DNA of 64,000 nucleotides from assembly GCA_036172245.1 (NCBI GenBank), contig JAYWIR010000055.1:620001-684000 (forward strand), in the 5' to 3' direction. This document shows positions 38,665-51,799 of the stretch, one piece after another. Both the position numbers and the translations under genes were made by a program. Positions within the stretch are counted from its first letter, which is position 1; the number at the start of each line of letters is the position of its first letter. The notes under the pieces are model-generated. The model did no database searches and was not told the origin of the DNA. It saw nothing but the letters and a program-made list of their open reading frames with translations. The DNA comes from Raillietiella orientalis (taxonomy: Eukaryota).

Positions 38665-41600
38665 TTTCGCCCGGATTTGCCGGGGCATTTATTATTCAAA
38701 TTATAATAAAAGTCATGTCATTAACAAAAGAGTGGAAGAATGCTGGGTGCTACCCCGTGCGTAAAACGTGTCACGACCAGTACGTAGACCGGCGAGGTCC
38801 GTTTCCGCGGCGACGGGGAAGGAAAAACCGAAAACAAACAAACAAAAAACACACAAACGGAGGAAGAGTTGTCGGGGGCGGATCAGGGAAGGAATTACAT
38901 TTCGCCGCGAGACGTCCTCTGCATCCCGTCCAGGATGCTCACAAACTTCTGTGGGTTTTTCTCCCAGGTGAGGCCATCTGGAAGCGGTCTTCAGGATGAA
39001 GATCCGCACCCAGTGGATGGCGTCCGTACCATTTCGGCCCCTTATTCCCGCATTCCAGGCTGCCAGGATTCCGCGGGCACAGCACAGAACTGTTAGGGAC
39101 GCAGCTGGCGGCACCGCTTGCGAAAGAGGCTTCTGAAAATGTCCCTGGGGCCTCACGCCGCTAATCCTAGGGTCGTCGAGCAGCGATCCCAAACGGGTCG
39201 GAAGACGGCACAGTCCAACAGCAGGTGCGGGGGGGTCGCCTTCCTCTCGCAACCTTCGCACTGAGCTCCCACGCTCCCCCCTGTCCAATGATGGAGGCGC
39301 GCTTTGCACGGGATCCCCCTATGCAGTACCAGCAACGCCAAATCCCGCCATTTGAGGGGGAGGGCACCACTGTTCCAGCACGCTGGGGACGCACTTCACC
39401 CCCTCCGGAGGCATCGCGAGCAGCTCGCCACAAAGTAACTCTCCTCGGGGTAGCAGCGTCCGTGACCTCCCGAGTTGTCCACGCTCTCAACAGTTTCTTT
39501 CTGCCTTGGAACCTGCGTCCGGCCGGAGGGTCGCTTGCGTTTTTGAAGGAGAGCAGCTCTGGGGCAAGGGGGTTGACCGAGCGGGTAAAGAGGTCCCCGC
39601 TGCCGCGTCTCACCGTCGGCGCGCTCCGAGCGACAAGAATTTGAGATCTTCCTGTTCACTTCGTGCTTCGGGGTGGGGGGTGCTTCGCCCGGAACCTCGC
39701 GTGCAGCTCTCTCAGCTCCGGTTTCTCACGAGATGCGGGCATCCACCAAGACTGCCGGATGCCTCTCCCACGCATAATTGCTCTGGATGACATCTCCCGC
39801 AGGAAGCGTCTTCCGGAGTCCCCTCGTCGCTTCCGTTCCGACTCTGCTCAGCCTTCCGAAAGCTCAGCAAGAGGGCGCGCAAAGCTCTTCGTGATTTCTC
39901 CATTTCCAAGAAGCATCAAGCATCGACCATTCCGTTGCAGCAGATCGTCCCAAGATCTCTGGATCCAACTGTTCCGTCGTTTCTATCCTCCTCACGCGAA
40001 GAGCTTAAGGGGCTTTAGGGAGAAATTTTTTCACCTCCCCTCGCTACATTCCTCACGCGCTTGCTGCATTCCTTGCGATACGTCACCAAGCGCCACAGCG
40101 CCTCGCAGCATCCATCCGTCTTGTGGTTTCACTGAAAACACTCGACATCGAATAAATGGTAAATCTTGGCGTCTTCCTTTCGCCAAGAATTGCACCCGTT
40201 AGTGGCACTCCAGCAAACCGATCGCCTCGGTGGGAGAAAGCAACGGCATTTCCGAGAGTCGAACGCACTTTACGAGGAACCTCAATTTGGAGGAAGACGA
40301 AGGGAAAAGTGACTCGAGCAAAAGGGTTGCAGCCGAGTCTGCAAATCCAATCCGTGCGAAGCGCACGAATCTCCATGGAAATTCACTCGCTACGCCCGCG
40401 TATTCGAAAGCACATTGGAAACGATTTAGAATTCCCTACGGCATGCTTCTAATTAGTGCAAATAACCACGTCGAATCGACACAGTCTGGGCGAAATCGGG
40501 AGCTCTGCGAATGTGGTCTTCGCCGTCGCTGTTGGAAACCAGCTGATGATAATTTCAAAGCCAAGACAACGGAATGATGAATAGAAGTTCGTACGTGAAG
40601 GAAAGGAAAACGGAAAAAAGGAAAAAGAACACTGAAATCGTTTTGTTTACATTCAGAATAAACCTTTCCGAAAGCTGCGATTTCATGGTCGCCTGGTCCT
40701 TTAATTATTGGTTGCAATATTCAGCTCTTCAAGGTCCACGATACTGCTGGAGCCACAAAAAGTAAGTGAGCAAGTTTGTTTGGAACTTTTCATTAGTCTT
40801 GCAAAACCAGAGACACCAGCGAACACGAAAGAGGAATCTTCAGCGTACTACTAACGATCCGTGCTCCCTTTAAAGGTAGGGTGGTGGAATGGACGTGCGT
40901 CTTCTCGTCCGTTGTTTGTAGGAGGCAGGAAAATAGTGGGAGGGGAAAAGAGACTCAAAGAAGAAAAAAAAGAAAAACATACACAGACACACACACACAC
41001 AAAAGAAAAAATGGGCGCAAAATAATCCCTTTGGCCCCTCCAAGCAAGGGGGCACTCACTGGTTGTGCGCTCCTTCCTCCGGCGATGACGTCAGTGGGCA
41101 TCGACGGCGCTCCTCGCATCCACGCGCCTCGCCGCGGGTGTGGCTGGTTGGCTGCTCGAACCCCCGAAACCGAGCCCGGGGGTCGCGGGAACACGCCACC
41201 CGTCGAATCTTACGGAGGGGGTTCTGGTCGTCCGAGGGGCAGGCCCCGGGGTGAGGTGAGGTGAGGCCGAGGTCGTCCACGAGGGCGAACAGGTCGGACG
41301 CCCGGGTCGGTCCCGCCCCACGGTACGCTTCCCCTTGGGCGGGAGAGGGTCGTTGCCTTGGCTGAGGGATCAGTCGTGGGGTTTGTCAGTTGGGCAGTCC
41401 CCCTCCCTGATTGTGTGTACCTCGATGGATGCCATCTCGGATGGAATGTGCACACGCGGTTGGCTGCGTTTTTCATTTTCAGGGGAGTGCGTATGCGATG
41501 GACGCGCGACAAAAGCGCTACACATAGGGGTGGGAAAGGGACCAAGATGGGATCGCTTGGACTTCTCTCCCGGTGGACCGCAACGGGGATCGAATCAACA

Positions 41601-42400
41601 TTCCAGTTATAGCGACGATCCCCTTGGATTTGGTCCTAACCCTTGATTAATCCTGTGAAATGATTTTTTTTTTCGTTCTAAAAAAAGGCGATCCCAGTGA
41701 TTCCTCCTACTGGTCTTCGAACGGCGATGTTGGACAACGGAGAGGAAGATGCTTCACGCAACTGCTGAACTGCCAAATTCCAACATGGCAACCAACCATC
41801 CTCTTTCCCGCTCCTGAAGATGCTTTTACGGCGGTGGCGTCGTCGTCGTCGTGAAGCAACGCGATGCTGTCCTCACAGTCACCCCGATGCCCGCCCAGCG
41901 CTTGGCAATGGGGCGTCGGCGTCAGCTGGATACGCGCATTCCATTGGCTGTAGCGGTCTGGGGCAGTTTCCCCTCTCTTTCGCCGAAGTGCTGCAGGTGG
42001 AATCGTAGGTCGAGATGTTGGGAATGCGGTACCAGGAGAGATTCCATATTTTCGCCGATGCATGGATTCCGAATGCAGCAAGAGTAAGGACCGAGAAGCT
42101 CCTCCATGGGACTGGGTAGGCACGGGAAGGCAGGGAGGGTGGGCGCGTGCACGCTCCCGAGCCAGGAGAGCAGGGTCACCAGCGCACCGCGGCGTTTCAG
42201 CTGCAGAGCGGCGCGGCTCAAGTGAAGGCAGCAGCGCATCTTGGAACCTCAGCTGCTCGAGCCCAATCCTTCCGATGCTGAGTCGAAATGCAGAGTAGGG
42301 AAGGAGGAATCCACTCATCTGCAACCTTGGCGTCCTCGCCTTGGTGCTCTGCGGGCGCGCGCGCGGTCTGACGGCGGACGCAGTCCGAAGTCCCCAGCGT
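38665..42400 (-). mobile_element. Tx1/L1-like element, most complete relic (copy B): ORF1-like remnant, decayed RT, zf-RVT, 3' UTR
   Basis: ORF1-like EELLGPY..ANGMRV and eroded knuckles at 41.7-42.2 kb; RT remnants (SAGFQQRR, LDLQ..HF, AILGERKTPRFTI) at 40.1-40.55 kb; WTTREVTDAATP; LLVLHRGIPCKARLHHW..CEGCERKATPPHLLLDC..RPVW; ASRWPHL; 3' hairpins shared with copy A. The 3' ~1 kb is well supported, the 5' extent is not. Confidence 0.65.
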
Positions 42401-42715
42401 GCTTCCTGGCTTTTAGCACAGATTGAGGAAGACTCCACGCTCGCGTCGCATTCTTTCGGTCTGCACGCTCGTCTGTGTTCCGGAATAAAATATTTATATG
42501 CGTCTGATGGTGACAGTAGATCATCCGGGAGGGAGGACCGCCTTTAATCATCGGCTGGATCACTCATGCAGAAAGCTTGCGTGTCGGATCGCCGACGCCA
42601 GGCGAGAAGCAAGAAAAAAAGAAACAAAAAATAAAAATCAGCAAGAAGAACGCATTTTTATAATCATCGGAGCAGCTGCTTGCAGGGGGTGCGTCTTTTG
42701 CTCCCTTCCCCATTC

Positions 42716-42975
42716 CAGGAGCAGAGGAAGATCGGGAAAACCAGTCCTCCCCTTCCACATCCTCTTTTCTTCCTCCTTTTTCCTTCCTCTCTTCCTTCTC
42801 CTCCTCCTCCTCTGAGAAGGAGCGCTGGAACCGATTCAATCCTCTCGCTGCACCATCTGTCGGAGGAGGAAGAGGAGGGAGGTGCTGCCAGCAGTCCGTC
42901 GTGGTAGCTCTCCCACGACCCTCAGGGTCATCGCGTGGATATTATCTGAAGTCCTCCTCCCCTCCTCTGGGAGCG
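42716..42975. repeat. Direct partner of 34968-35345
   Basis: Same ordered blocks as listed for 34968-35345. Confidence 0.75.
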
Positions 42976-43199
42976 CGATCCTTTGGTCCCTGTCCGATCC
43001 CTCCCGCGGGAAGAGGGGGGAAAAGGCGTTTCCTCGCAGTGCCGACGCCACCGGGACGGGGCAGATGGACGGAGCCGCCGAGGAGCAGCTTCACCCAGAG
43101 TAGCAAGCAGAACTCCTTCCGCTCGGGATGAGGGTCGGAGGAAAGGGGGAGGCAAGGAGAGGAGGGTTTGGGGACCTTTCCGAATGGACTTTTTCGAAG

Positions 43200-45000
43200 G
43201 TCTTGCACGCTCGCAGCGCACCAGTGGCTCCCTTTCGAGGACGCGCGTTTTATTTTCAAACGCAACTCCGCAGTCAGCGCAGCCGGCTGCTAGAGTTGCG
43301 CCGCTTTTTGGGGCGGCCGAGTCTTCCGGGGGCCAGCAAGCTGCCCTCCCATGATGGTGGCGAGGGGAAGCGGCGGGCACCTGGGAGCAGGTTCGCGAGG
43401 AGGCCAGCCCGCAGTTGGTTCGTCTCCATGAACGTCCCCCGAGGGATCTCCACGGAATCGACCTTCCGGGATCCGGGGGTGCGCACCGCTCGGCGGGCAG
43501 GGGGAAAGGCCGGTGGTGGCAGCTCCGGGTGGCAACCCAGGGAGATGAGTGACCCGGTCTCTGGGTGACCGCAACGCTGTCACGTTGGACCGAGCGGTCG
43601 AGGGACGGGGAGGGAGGGAGATCGGCGGCTCGGGGACGGAAGAGCCGCGCCACTCGTGTCCGTTCCATCCTTCCAGATCGAGGGGGCATGATGGGTGCAG
43701 GTGTTGGCTGGACGGAGACTCTCTGTGTGCCAAGAGGGGTGAGGACCTGCCCACTCCCGCCCCGAGACTCCCACCCGGACCCTATGGATGATGGGTCGGG
43801 GACGCCCCCCCCCCGCCTCCACGATTTCCCTGAAGTCCTCCTCCTGGAGCTGTACTCGACCGGGACGAATCCCGCCATTCTAAGACCCCCCTGCCCCCCA
43901 GGGTGCAACAGAGGAGGAAGATACCTCCTTCCCCGCAAGGGGCGCGGAGGAGGCCCACCGCCGCACTCGGCGCATTTCTGCGGGGCGCGCACCCGCCCTG
44001 GGGGAGCCCCGGAGAGGGATGCCGCCCTCTCCGAGGCGACCTGGGGATCGGAGGGAGACCAAGTGGCCCTCTGCGCCCACCAGACGACCCCGGGGCGAGG
44101 TCTTTCGCCAAGAGCTGCCCGAGAGGAAGGCGCTCGGGGAGGAGCGCTCCATCCCCGGTTGAGTCCGCCGGGATGGGAGGGCGGGAGACGCCCTTCGACC
44201 CTTCCTCCCACCATCGGGGAGCTACGCTTCCGGCGAGGAGACGGCGGCAGCAGCCTTGGTTTCCATTGCACCCTGCGTGGTCGGCCGCTCAACCGGAACG
44301 AGCCACTCCCTCAGACTCGCGCCGCCGACGGGGTCGGGTGGAGAGAGGGGTGGGGAAGTTCCAGGGTTAAAGGCGAGGCACTCGAACCTGAAAGTGGGGA
44401 GCGGTGGGAGGCCTAGGTCCTTTTCAGGGCGCGGAGGAAGTGGAGCGAGAACGGAAGGGGGGAGAGAAAGGGGGAAGGCGTCCTTGACCCCTCCCTTCTC
44501 GGCGGCCCTTCGCGTCGGAGCAGTCAAGGTCACTCCCGCGCGGCGGGATCCGGGGGCTGTCCCCTGCGTCTTGCCGGTCGGGAATCCCCTTGGGCTCGCA
44601 TCTAGGCCCGCTCCATGCTCGGCGCATCCTCCTCTTCTCTCCCGAGGAATGGGGGCGAGCGGGAGGGTCTCCAGTCCATGGTCCTTTCCGTCGCATTCGG
44701 CGCACTCTCCCCCTTTTCCTCGCTGCCGCCGCGGGTCTCCGGTGCCGGATTCTTCCCGGAGGCGCTGAGGATGCGAGGGGAGGGGTCGATGCTGGGGGGA
44801 AGCGCGTGGGGGAAGGCGCCGGGGGTCCACTTGGGTTCTCCCTCCGCCACCCTGCCCAGAGCGGGAGCCGCGCAACCCACTCGAGGTCGGCGCCCCCTTC
44901 CGTTCCCCATGGCAGCGGCGGGTTCGGGTCCGCTCATCATCTTCCCGCCCGTCCTTTCTCCGCTTCCCGGGAGCCTTCCTTCGGCAAGCCCTCTCACGCA
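43200..45000 (+). mobile_element. Extremely decayed LINE ORF2 (APE end plus RT)
   Basis: Eroded motifs in the expected order: GDRNAVTL (SDH-like, 43564), WFPLHP (WRPISL-like, ~44257), gggatccgggggctgtcccctg (GIR[Q]GCPL, ~44545), HARRILLF (YADD-like, 44614), FGALS, KAPGVHL (KYLG-like, 44813). Confidence 0.5.
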
Positions 45001-45137
45001 CGTCCGAGGCTTCACCTGCGCGAGGGAGGGGAGGAGGCTCGCTCACTCCCCGTGCTGCCACCTCGACCGCAAAGATGCTTTACTGAGAGACTCTCGCAGT
45101 GATCATCCCACGGGGGGTAGAGTGACGGGCGGCCCCC

Positions 45138-46738
45138 TCAAGACCCCATGGGGAAGACGCTGTAGCGGAACTCCAGCGGGAGGACGTGGTTCTTGCGGTA
45201 GAACTCGGTCTTCGTCCTGTCCTGCCTGTGGAACGCCTTCGACTCCGCTACCAGGGAATGCTGCAGCTCGCGCCTCCAGTGGAAGCTGCCGTACACCGAG
45301 TTGGTTAGTAGGGGGATGCCACGGAACACCTCCTGGAGGAACGACAAGGGAGAGGATGAACGGAGGAGGAGGAGCAAAAGGGACGGGAAGGGGAAAAACA
45401 GGAGGAAGAGAGTGGTAGGATAAAGGGGGGAGGGAAGGGGAAGAGAAGAGGAGGAGGGGTGAGGAAGAAAGGGTGAGGAAGGGAAGAGGAAGAAGGGATG
45501 AGGAGGGGAAGAAGAGGAGGGACGAGGAGATGGGGGGCGAGTTCTGATGCCGCGATCGACCGCGGCGTGACGCTTTGGCACACGCTGCCACACCCATCCA
45601 CCCTCCTCCTCCTGCTCTCCCTCCATCCCCACCGCATCCCGTCTCCCTATGCCTCCTCCTCGAGCGCTCCCCCTTGGGGCCACAGCCCGCAGGCCCAATC
45701 CCCACATTTCCACCCCCCTGCAGCCCAGACACCGCCGTGTCCTTCAAGAGGGGCACCGTCGGAAGCGGCCTTTCGGTAGCAGAAAGGCCAGGGTGATGGG
45801 GTCAGTTGGGATCAGTAAGGTGCTTGCCCTTCTTGAGCTCGCCCCGAGGCACGCCTTTCCCTTACTTGGTGTTTTCCTTAAGCGGCGGACAGAGGTTTGA
45901 GTGGGAAAAGCAAATGAGATCGGTGGCACCTTCGACCCGGATCCCTTCGGAGGACGCAAGGGGGGGGGGTAAGAAAAGGAGAAGCGGGTCCACCTTCCCC
46001 TACTCTTCACTCATCCGAGGCATGGGGAAGGCAGAGGAACTTCCTCTGCTCCTGCGGAACCTGTGGCCCCACCAGAGGGTGCGCGCGCATCCCCCAATCC
46101 TCTTCTCAAGGGGGTGCCCTTTCCATTCATCCCTTCCGCGGTCGTGGGTACACCCGGGGGTGGGGGCTGTTGACACTTCTCTCTCGCACCCCTTTGTTCT
46201 CGTCGCTCCTGACCTCCGTGTGGAGCCTCCACTCGCCGCAATGGGGGCGAAGGCGTCGGAGAGTCCGGGAAGGGGGGGCAGCGTCCCCTGGAGCGACACA
46301 GAAGCACGGGGGAGGGAAGAACGCACCGGTTCCTCCGCGCCTTCCCCTAGGTGAGAGTCTGCTTTCCCCTTCCTCCCCTTAGAGCCAGACGTAACCCAAG
46401 AACCCCTCCCTTCCCGGGTCGCCGACCTCTCCGTGGAAGTCCAGGTTCCGGAAGTTGCAGTGCCTCCTGTCGCTCCTGTGGCAGCGCGCGTCCCACCCGG
46501 GAGCGTCCCCGTGCAGGACGTCGTAGAGCAGGCGGTTCGTCCCGAGCCTGCGGCCGCGCTCCTCCAGGAATGTTTCGAGCCGGGGGTTCGTCCCGGGAGG
46601 GGGTCGCAGGAAAGGGAGGGAAGGAAGTGCCGGCGGTCCAAGGGGGCGTGGGACAGGATCCGAAGAGACCGGCCCTTCATCCGCGACCGCGAGGGTGGGA
46701 GGGGGCCGGGAGTCGCGGCGGACTTCCGTTTCGGTGGC
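45138..46738 (-). CDS. CFAP90: Cilia- and flagella-associated protein 90 (C5orf49)-like, last two exons; 5' exon(s) not resolved
   Basis: Exons 46738-46427 and 45332-45138, each preceded by a polypyrimidine tract and AG, join in phase 0: LLYDVLHGDAPGWDARCHRSDRRHCNFRNLDFHGE|EVFRGIPLLTNSVYG...FHRQDRTKTEFYRKN. This matches the pattern I recall for the family (LYD..YD.KLHRDDR.H..L....EE..R....LTSSVYG...FYRKN). Confidence 0.75.
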
Positions 46739-49299
46739 CTTCGAGGAGGAGGGGAAGGAGGAGGAGGAAGGGGGATGAAGAGGAAGGGAGGAGGACTCGC
46801 CGGCGAGAGACAGGAAGGTGGCCGGCGATGGAGAAACCATGGAAACCTCCTCTGTTGCCGAGAACCGTCCGGGGGAGTCACTCGCACGTCATTCCCCCTC
46901 TCTCCCCTTGCCCCTCCCCGACACACCGTGTGTCCCTCGCCACGCCCGAAGGAGCGGAGAGAGTTAACCCGCCCTTTCAGTGGGAGGAGGGGGAGGGCAA
47001 GGGACCTAGCTGCCTTTCTCGGCCCAAATCCCCGACCTCAACCGATCCCTCCCTCGGAGGCGGGCCACCACGGTCCTCACCGACCTGGGCCTTGCATCAC
47101 GGACCCCCTTCCCCTCCTTCTTTCACGTCGCTCAGAGAGTCAAAGGGTGGAAAGTCCGAATCTCTCGAGAAGGTCGCCTCCCGGCCTGATCCTCGCCTTT
47201 CCACCCGGGATCTTTGCGGTCCCGGAGCAACCGTTGCCTGGAGACGGGCCGAACGGCCGTCTTCAGGCAGCGCGTCCAGAGCGCGCCGCCACAGCAACTC
47301 CACGGGGTGCTCCACAGGCCGAGCCACTCGTCCACGAACCAGCCTCAGTCCGAAACATCGGCTGGTCAGCCCCCAGCCACGGCCCGGCCCACCTGCCAGC
47401 TAGTCCGCCACAACGATGGTGGACAGGGGTCAAACCATGCAGCCAGCGCCTTTGCTCCGTGGTCGACAGCCGCAAGCGGGGACACCAGAACGCGTCTTGA
47501 CCCCCGAGGGGACGTCTGATTTGGCTCCTGTCGGTCCGAGTGCACTCTCACCCCTGCCAGAGGGGTTACTGTCCTCTCCGCGAGCGCGACCTTCTTCCCG
47601 ACCTCGGGGGCGGAAGAGAAGAGGTGTCTGCTTTTCCCCCGCTCCCCAGGGAGGGGCGCGGTCGGTGCGGGGAGCCAGGGACTTCGCCTGCTGCAGGGAG
47701 CGAGACTGCACCGACCAGGCAGGGGGAGCAGAGAGGAGGAAGGGGGAATCCCTGCGAGAGAGCGCCCTGTTCTATTGGCTGCTCCTGGACCCTAGGAAGA
47801 GGAGTCTCCAGGGAGTCGTCCCTCAGTAGCCGTGGTGGCATCAGGGTTTTCCCAATCCTGAGATTCCTCCCAGAAGGCGACGGGAGGGTCGCATCCGAGC
47901 ACCTCGCGTTCCTCTCGCCCCGAGCAGACTTCGTAAGGTCCGGGGACTACTGGACCAAACTTCCTGTCCCGCGCGGGGGACTGGTCCAGGCGCACCTCCG
48001 TCTCATTCCCGGGCCGCGTCCGCAACCCGCGACGGTGGCAGAAGAAAAGAGGAGGAAGGGAAGAAGAGGGGGAGGAGGAAGGAAGGGAAGAGAATGCGGC
48101 TGCGTGACCCACAAGTCGGACGGGACGCTCCCTGCGGTCGGTCTGCTCGTCCTCCCCACACGCGTTGCCCCGTGGCTAAGAACGGCCGGCGGTGCCTGTA
48201 CTCCGAGGAGCCACAGCTTCCTTTCCCCCTCCCCCCGTCATCCTTCCTTCCTGTCCGCCCACCAGCACGGCGCCTCACGAATTTAGCGTTTCCATCCGGT
48301 TCGGGTGGGAGCCACCGGGCGGCTGCGGTGAACGCACGGAGCAGTGGGGTGACGCGGAGCGGAGACCGGCCCGCGCTTCACACGCGGATGACCTGGGCAG
48401 AGCGAGCAGAGCGGCCGCGTGCGCTATGTCGCGCTACGATCCCCGCGAATGGCGGCTGCTCATCCGTCCGCATCCGCCCTCGCCGCCCAAGGCGACGGCA
48501 GCGCTCGTCCTCGCCGTCCAGACGCGTACGCGGCGCGAGTGACCAACTCCTGGGGCGCGACATTCCCAAGGCCACGAAAGGCTTGGGAGTGTCGATCTCC
48601 CTACAAACGGGAGTCCCGGGGGTGCTTGCGAGCACCGTTGCGGGTCAGCGAATGCCTCGGTCGCTGCGGTCGGTCGAGGAAGGATGACCCGCTCGCTCGC
48701 TCGCCGTGGTGGTGGTAGTGGTGGAACGACTCGCAGCAGTGTTCTTCGTCCACGCGGGGGGGTGTCTCGCGCGCGCTTGCGGGGGCATACGTGTCTCGGA
48801 GGGGCAACTGCCCTGCTGACCCCTCGTAGAAGAGCTGGAACGCACGCGCCGCCTAGTGGCCGATGGTGCAAGTGCGAGCCGTGGCAACGAGCCGCTGAGT
48901 CAAAGATTCTCACCTCGGGGCAGCGAGTGCCTCCGGATCTCTGATCTTGACCTCTCGTGAGCAAGGCTGCTTTCCCCTTCCTCACCCGAGCGTAGGGAAG
49001 GTGGGGACCTCCGCTGCCGGGTGACCGGTGAGGGGTCGGCTTGCACCCCGCAGCAATACTCCTCCCAGTGGCGCCGTCCCTGGAAAACGGGAGCGCGAGG
49101 AAGCGCGCAGACCGCACACGCGCGCGGGAGAGACAGAGGGGAGTGGCAGGAGCCCTCAAAAGCGCCTGTTGGCTCCACGCGATTCCCTTAGGGCAGCTCC
49201 GTCCCGTCTGGCTGACCCGGGCAATGCGGAGGCGGCGCACCACCCGCGGACCGGCGATCCGGATCCTCTTGCAGCTTCAGGGAGGGGAAAGGGGGAGGA

Positions 49300-51060
49300 C
49301 GAAGGGCCAACCCACTTCCAGAACGGACATTGCGCGTCCCTCAACTTCCGTGACGGATGAGGGGGGAGGGGAAGTGCCTTTCGGGAACCCGATCCTCCGC
49401 TACCCCCCTCCGGGATGCTGGGCATCCTTTTCGCGCGAGCCTCGCCTCAGATCGCGCCTCCCTGTCGAGCCCCTGGGAAACCCGATGCCTCCTCCTGCTT
49501 GATCCCGAGCACGCGCATCCACGCGAAAGAGCACGACAGCGGTCGCCCTGCCCTCCCGCCCAAGGGCAACAGACCTGTCTCATCCGTCCCCTCAAGCGGC
49601 AGAGACGAGATGGCGCGCGGGGCATTTGTTGCCCAAGCAGAGAAACACAGAGAAGGCACGTGGATTTGCGAAGCCTACGGTTCACGAATGCTTCAGGGGG
49701 AGGAGGAAAAAAAGGAAACCGCCGATTCGCGGGCCGGCTGCACAGAAGGGCAGGAGGAGCGGGGGGGAGGGTTGTAGGGAAGGGAACAGCAAGTAGACAA
49801 AAGCCACGCCTCCTGACCGAAATGCAGGCAGAGCCTCCTCCTTGACCCTGACGCCCTCCAAGGGCCACTTTGCCCTTGCGGGTTCCCTCTGGAAAAGAAA
49901 CGACGGGCAACGGCTGGATATCCTGCTGTCCCGCCAAATCCAGCGCCTGGCTGGAGGGAACTGTTGGCCCGTGGGCGAAGGCTAAGGAGCCCAGCTCGGA
50001 GCTATGGAACGCCTTGGCGTCCACGCTTACTGCGGAAGATCCTCGTGGATCCCTGCGCGTGGGCGGGGCGGCCTTCCCTCGCGGGCAAGATGCTCTTCCT
50101 GAGGAAGGCATTTGGCAGCAGCCAGAGGCTGCGATCGGAAGCCTCCTGAGAGACGCTGACGAGTGGATATGGACCACGGGGCAGCTGGCGGATGCTGCAA
50201 CCCCGAGTGCCCTTCCGCGAGGACCACAGCGCTGGAGCGATCTGCTCGGCATTCCATCCGATGACTTGGAGTGGCCGCTGGAGCTCAAGAACAGCAGTAC
50301 CCTCCCGAAGCGTCAGGAGTCGGCACTGGGGTTTACTGCCGCGCTGGGGTTTACCCTGCAACGCCCGCCGACATGGCTGGATCCGGGGGGTGGGGGTGAG
50401 CCCGGACTGTCGCAAGATTCCGGGAACAGGAATCCCCCCTCCCGCACCTGCTAGTGGACGGTGCTGCTCTCCGGCCCCTTTGGGAAAGATTTGAGGCGAC
50501 CCTATAGACCCCGGCTGGCGATCCCAGGGACGTTTTACGGCTCCTCTCCTTCTCGCACGGGATGCCTTGAAGCCGGCCGCAGCCCAGCAGCGCTTCGCTG
50601 CATCCGCAGCATCTTGTTGGCCTGGAGCGAAGCAGAAGCAGGAGCGAACAGCCAAAGGGACGCCGCCGTCCAGTTCGCTTTCTGCGGGTGGCAGCCAGAC
50701 GGTTCCACCTGAGTGCAACCCGCGGTTGTTGCGTGGTTTGGGGGTATTACAAGATTTATTCCAAGTTAATGTTGGTTTCCTAAAGATTACGAGCGGGCTA
50801 TAGTAATAGTTTCATCGGTAGAAGTAGTGGTAATTAGAATGAGGTAGAGATTTTAAATTTTAAAGTGTTTGGATTAACCTAGCCGGCATCTTGGAAAGGA
50901 TGCAGCGAACGCCCTCCAGCGGGCGGCGATCCCATCCCGACCCTCCACAGTTTATTTTTATCTATTTCTTATTTTATTTTTCTTTTTGTTTTCCTCCTCC
51001 CCTCCGCTGCCGAGGTGGACCTCGCTGGCCTGCGGACCGGCAACCTAGAGGGTCCGCGGA
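49300..51060 (+). mobile_element. Tx1/L1-like element 3' part (copy C), interrupted by an AT-rich insert
   Basis: WTTGQLADAATP, LEWPLELKNSSTLP, WGLPCNARRHGW, ccgcacctgctagtggac (PHLLVD), CIRSILLAWS; T-rich tract and hairpin at 51024-51041. 5' boundary uncertain. Confidence 0.7.
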
Positions 51061-51799
51061 CAAACAGAGTGTGGCAGGAAGGACCACGCGTCCAACCACA
51101 ATTTGCGAGTTTCTTTTAAGTTCTAAGAGACGTACCGGCGTGTCCGGGTGGAGATCGGAGACAACCAGGGATGGATGCAGGTTCCCCTCCCAGCAGTAAG
51201 AGGGACGGACTCCTCCCTCCGGAACCTTTCTGCATTCCACAGAGTGGCACCTCTGGGTCACTACACCCCAAACTGAAGAGTCAACACGCACCCTGTGGTG
51301 GCCGTGGGCAGCGTTAAGGAAGAGCTTCGTGACCTTCCACTCCCTCTAAGGGGGCGGACGGGTCTTCAGCACTTGGGGATCGAAAGAAAGGAAGAAAAGC
51401 CGGGAGGAAAGCGGAAGCCCCCAGGGGTCTCCCCCCCTGCGAAGTGAAGACGCGTGGTCCTCCTCCTTCCTCGCCGGCGCGTCTCCTGCGTGCTCCGGGG
51501 CGCCACGACCGGGGCGGCGGGAGCGGAGCTCCGTTCCGCGCTAGGCGGCGCCGCAGCGACCCTTCCGGAGCGCCTTCGGGTCGGAGCGAAGCAGCCGCGG
51601 GGCATTCCCGTGGCCATCACAGGTGGCGCGCGGAAGCTCCCGTCTCCCCGCACCTGGAGAGCCGCTGCCGGCTGCGTAGGGACGCCGCTTCGCGCCTGCG
51701 CCCGAGGAGGAGCGCAAAGCCGTCCAGGTGAAGGGGGGGGGGGGGGCGCAGGAAGACCAGGCTTTCTCTCACGGCGAGGCGGCCCCTTGGCCCGTCAGC

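Noticed and set aside
51015..51060. cctcgctggc resembles part of the HDV ribozyme core
   Set aside because: No P1/P3/P1.1 arrangement could be built, the sister copies differ at these positions, and the site is at the element's 3' end rather than its 5' end.
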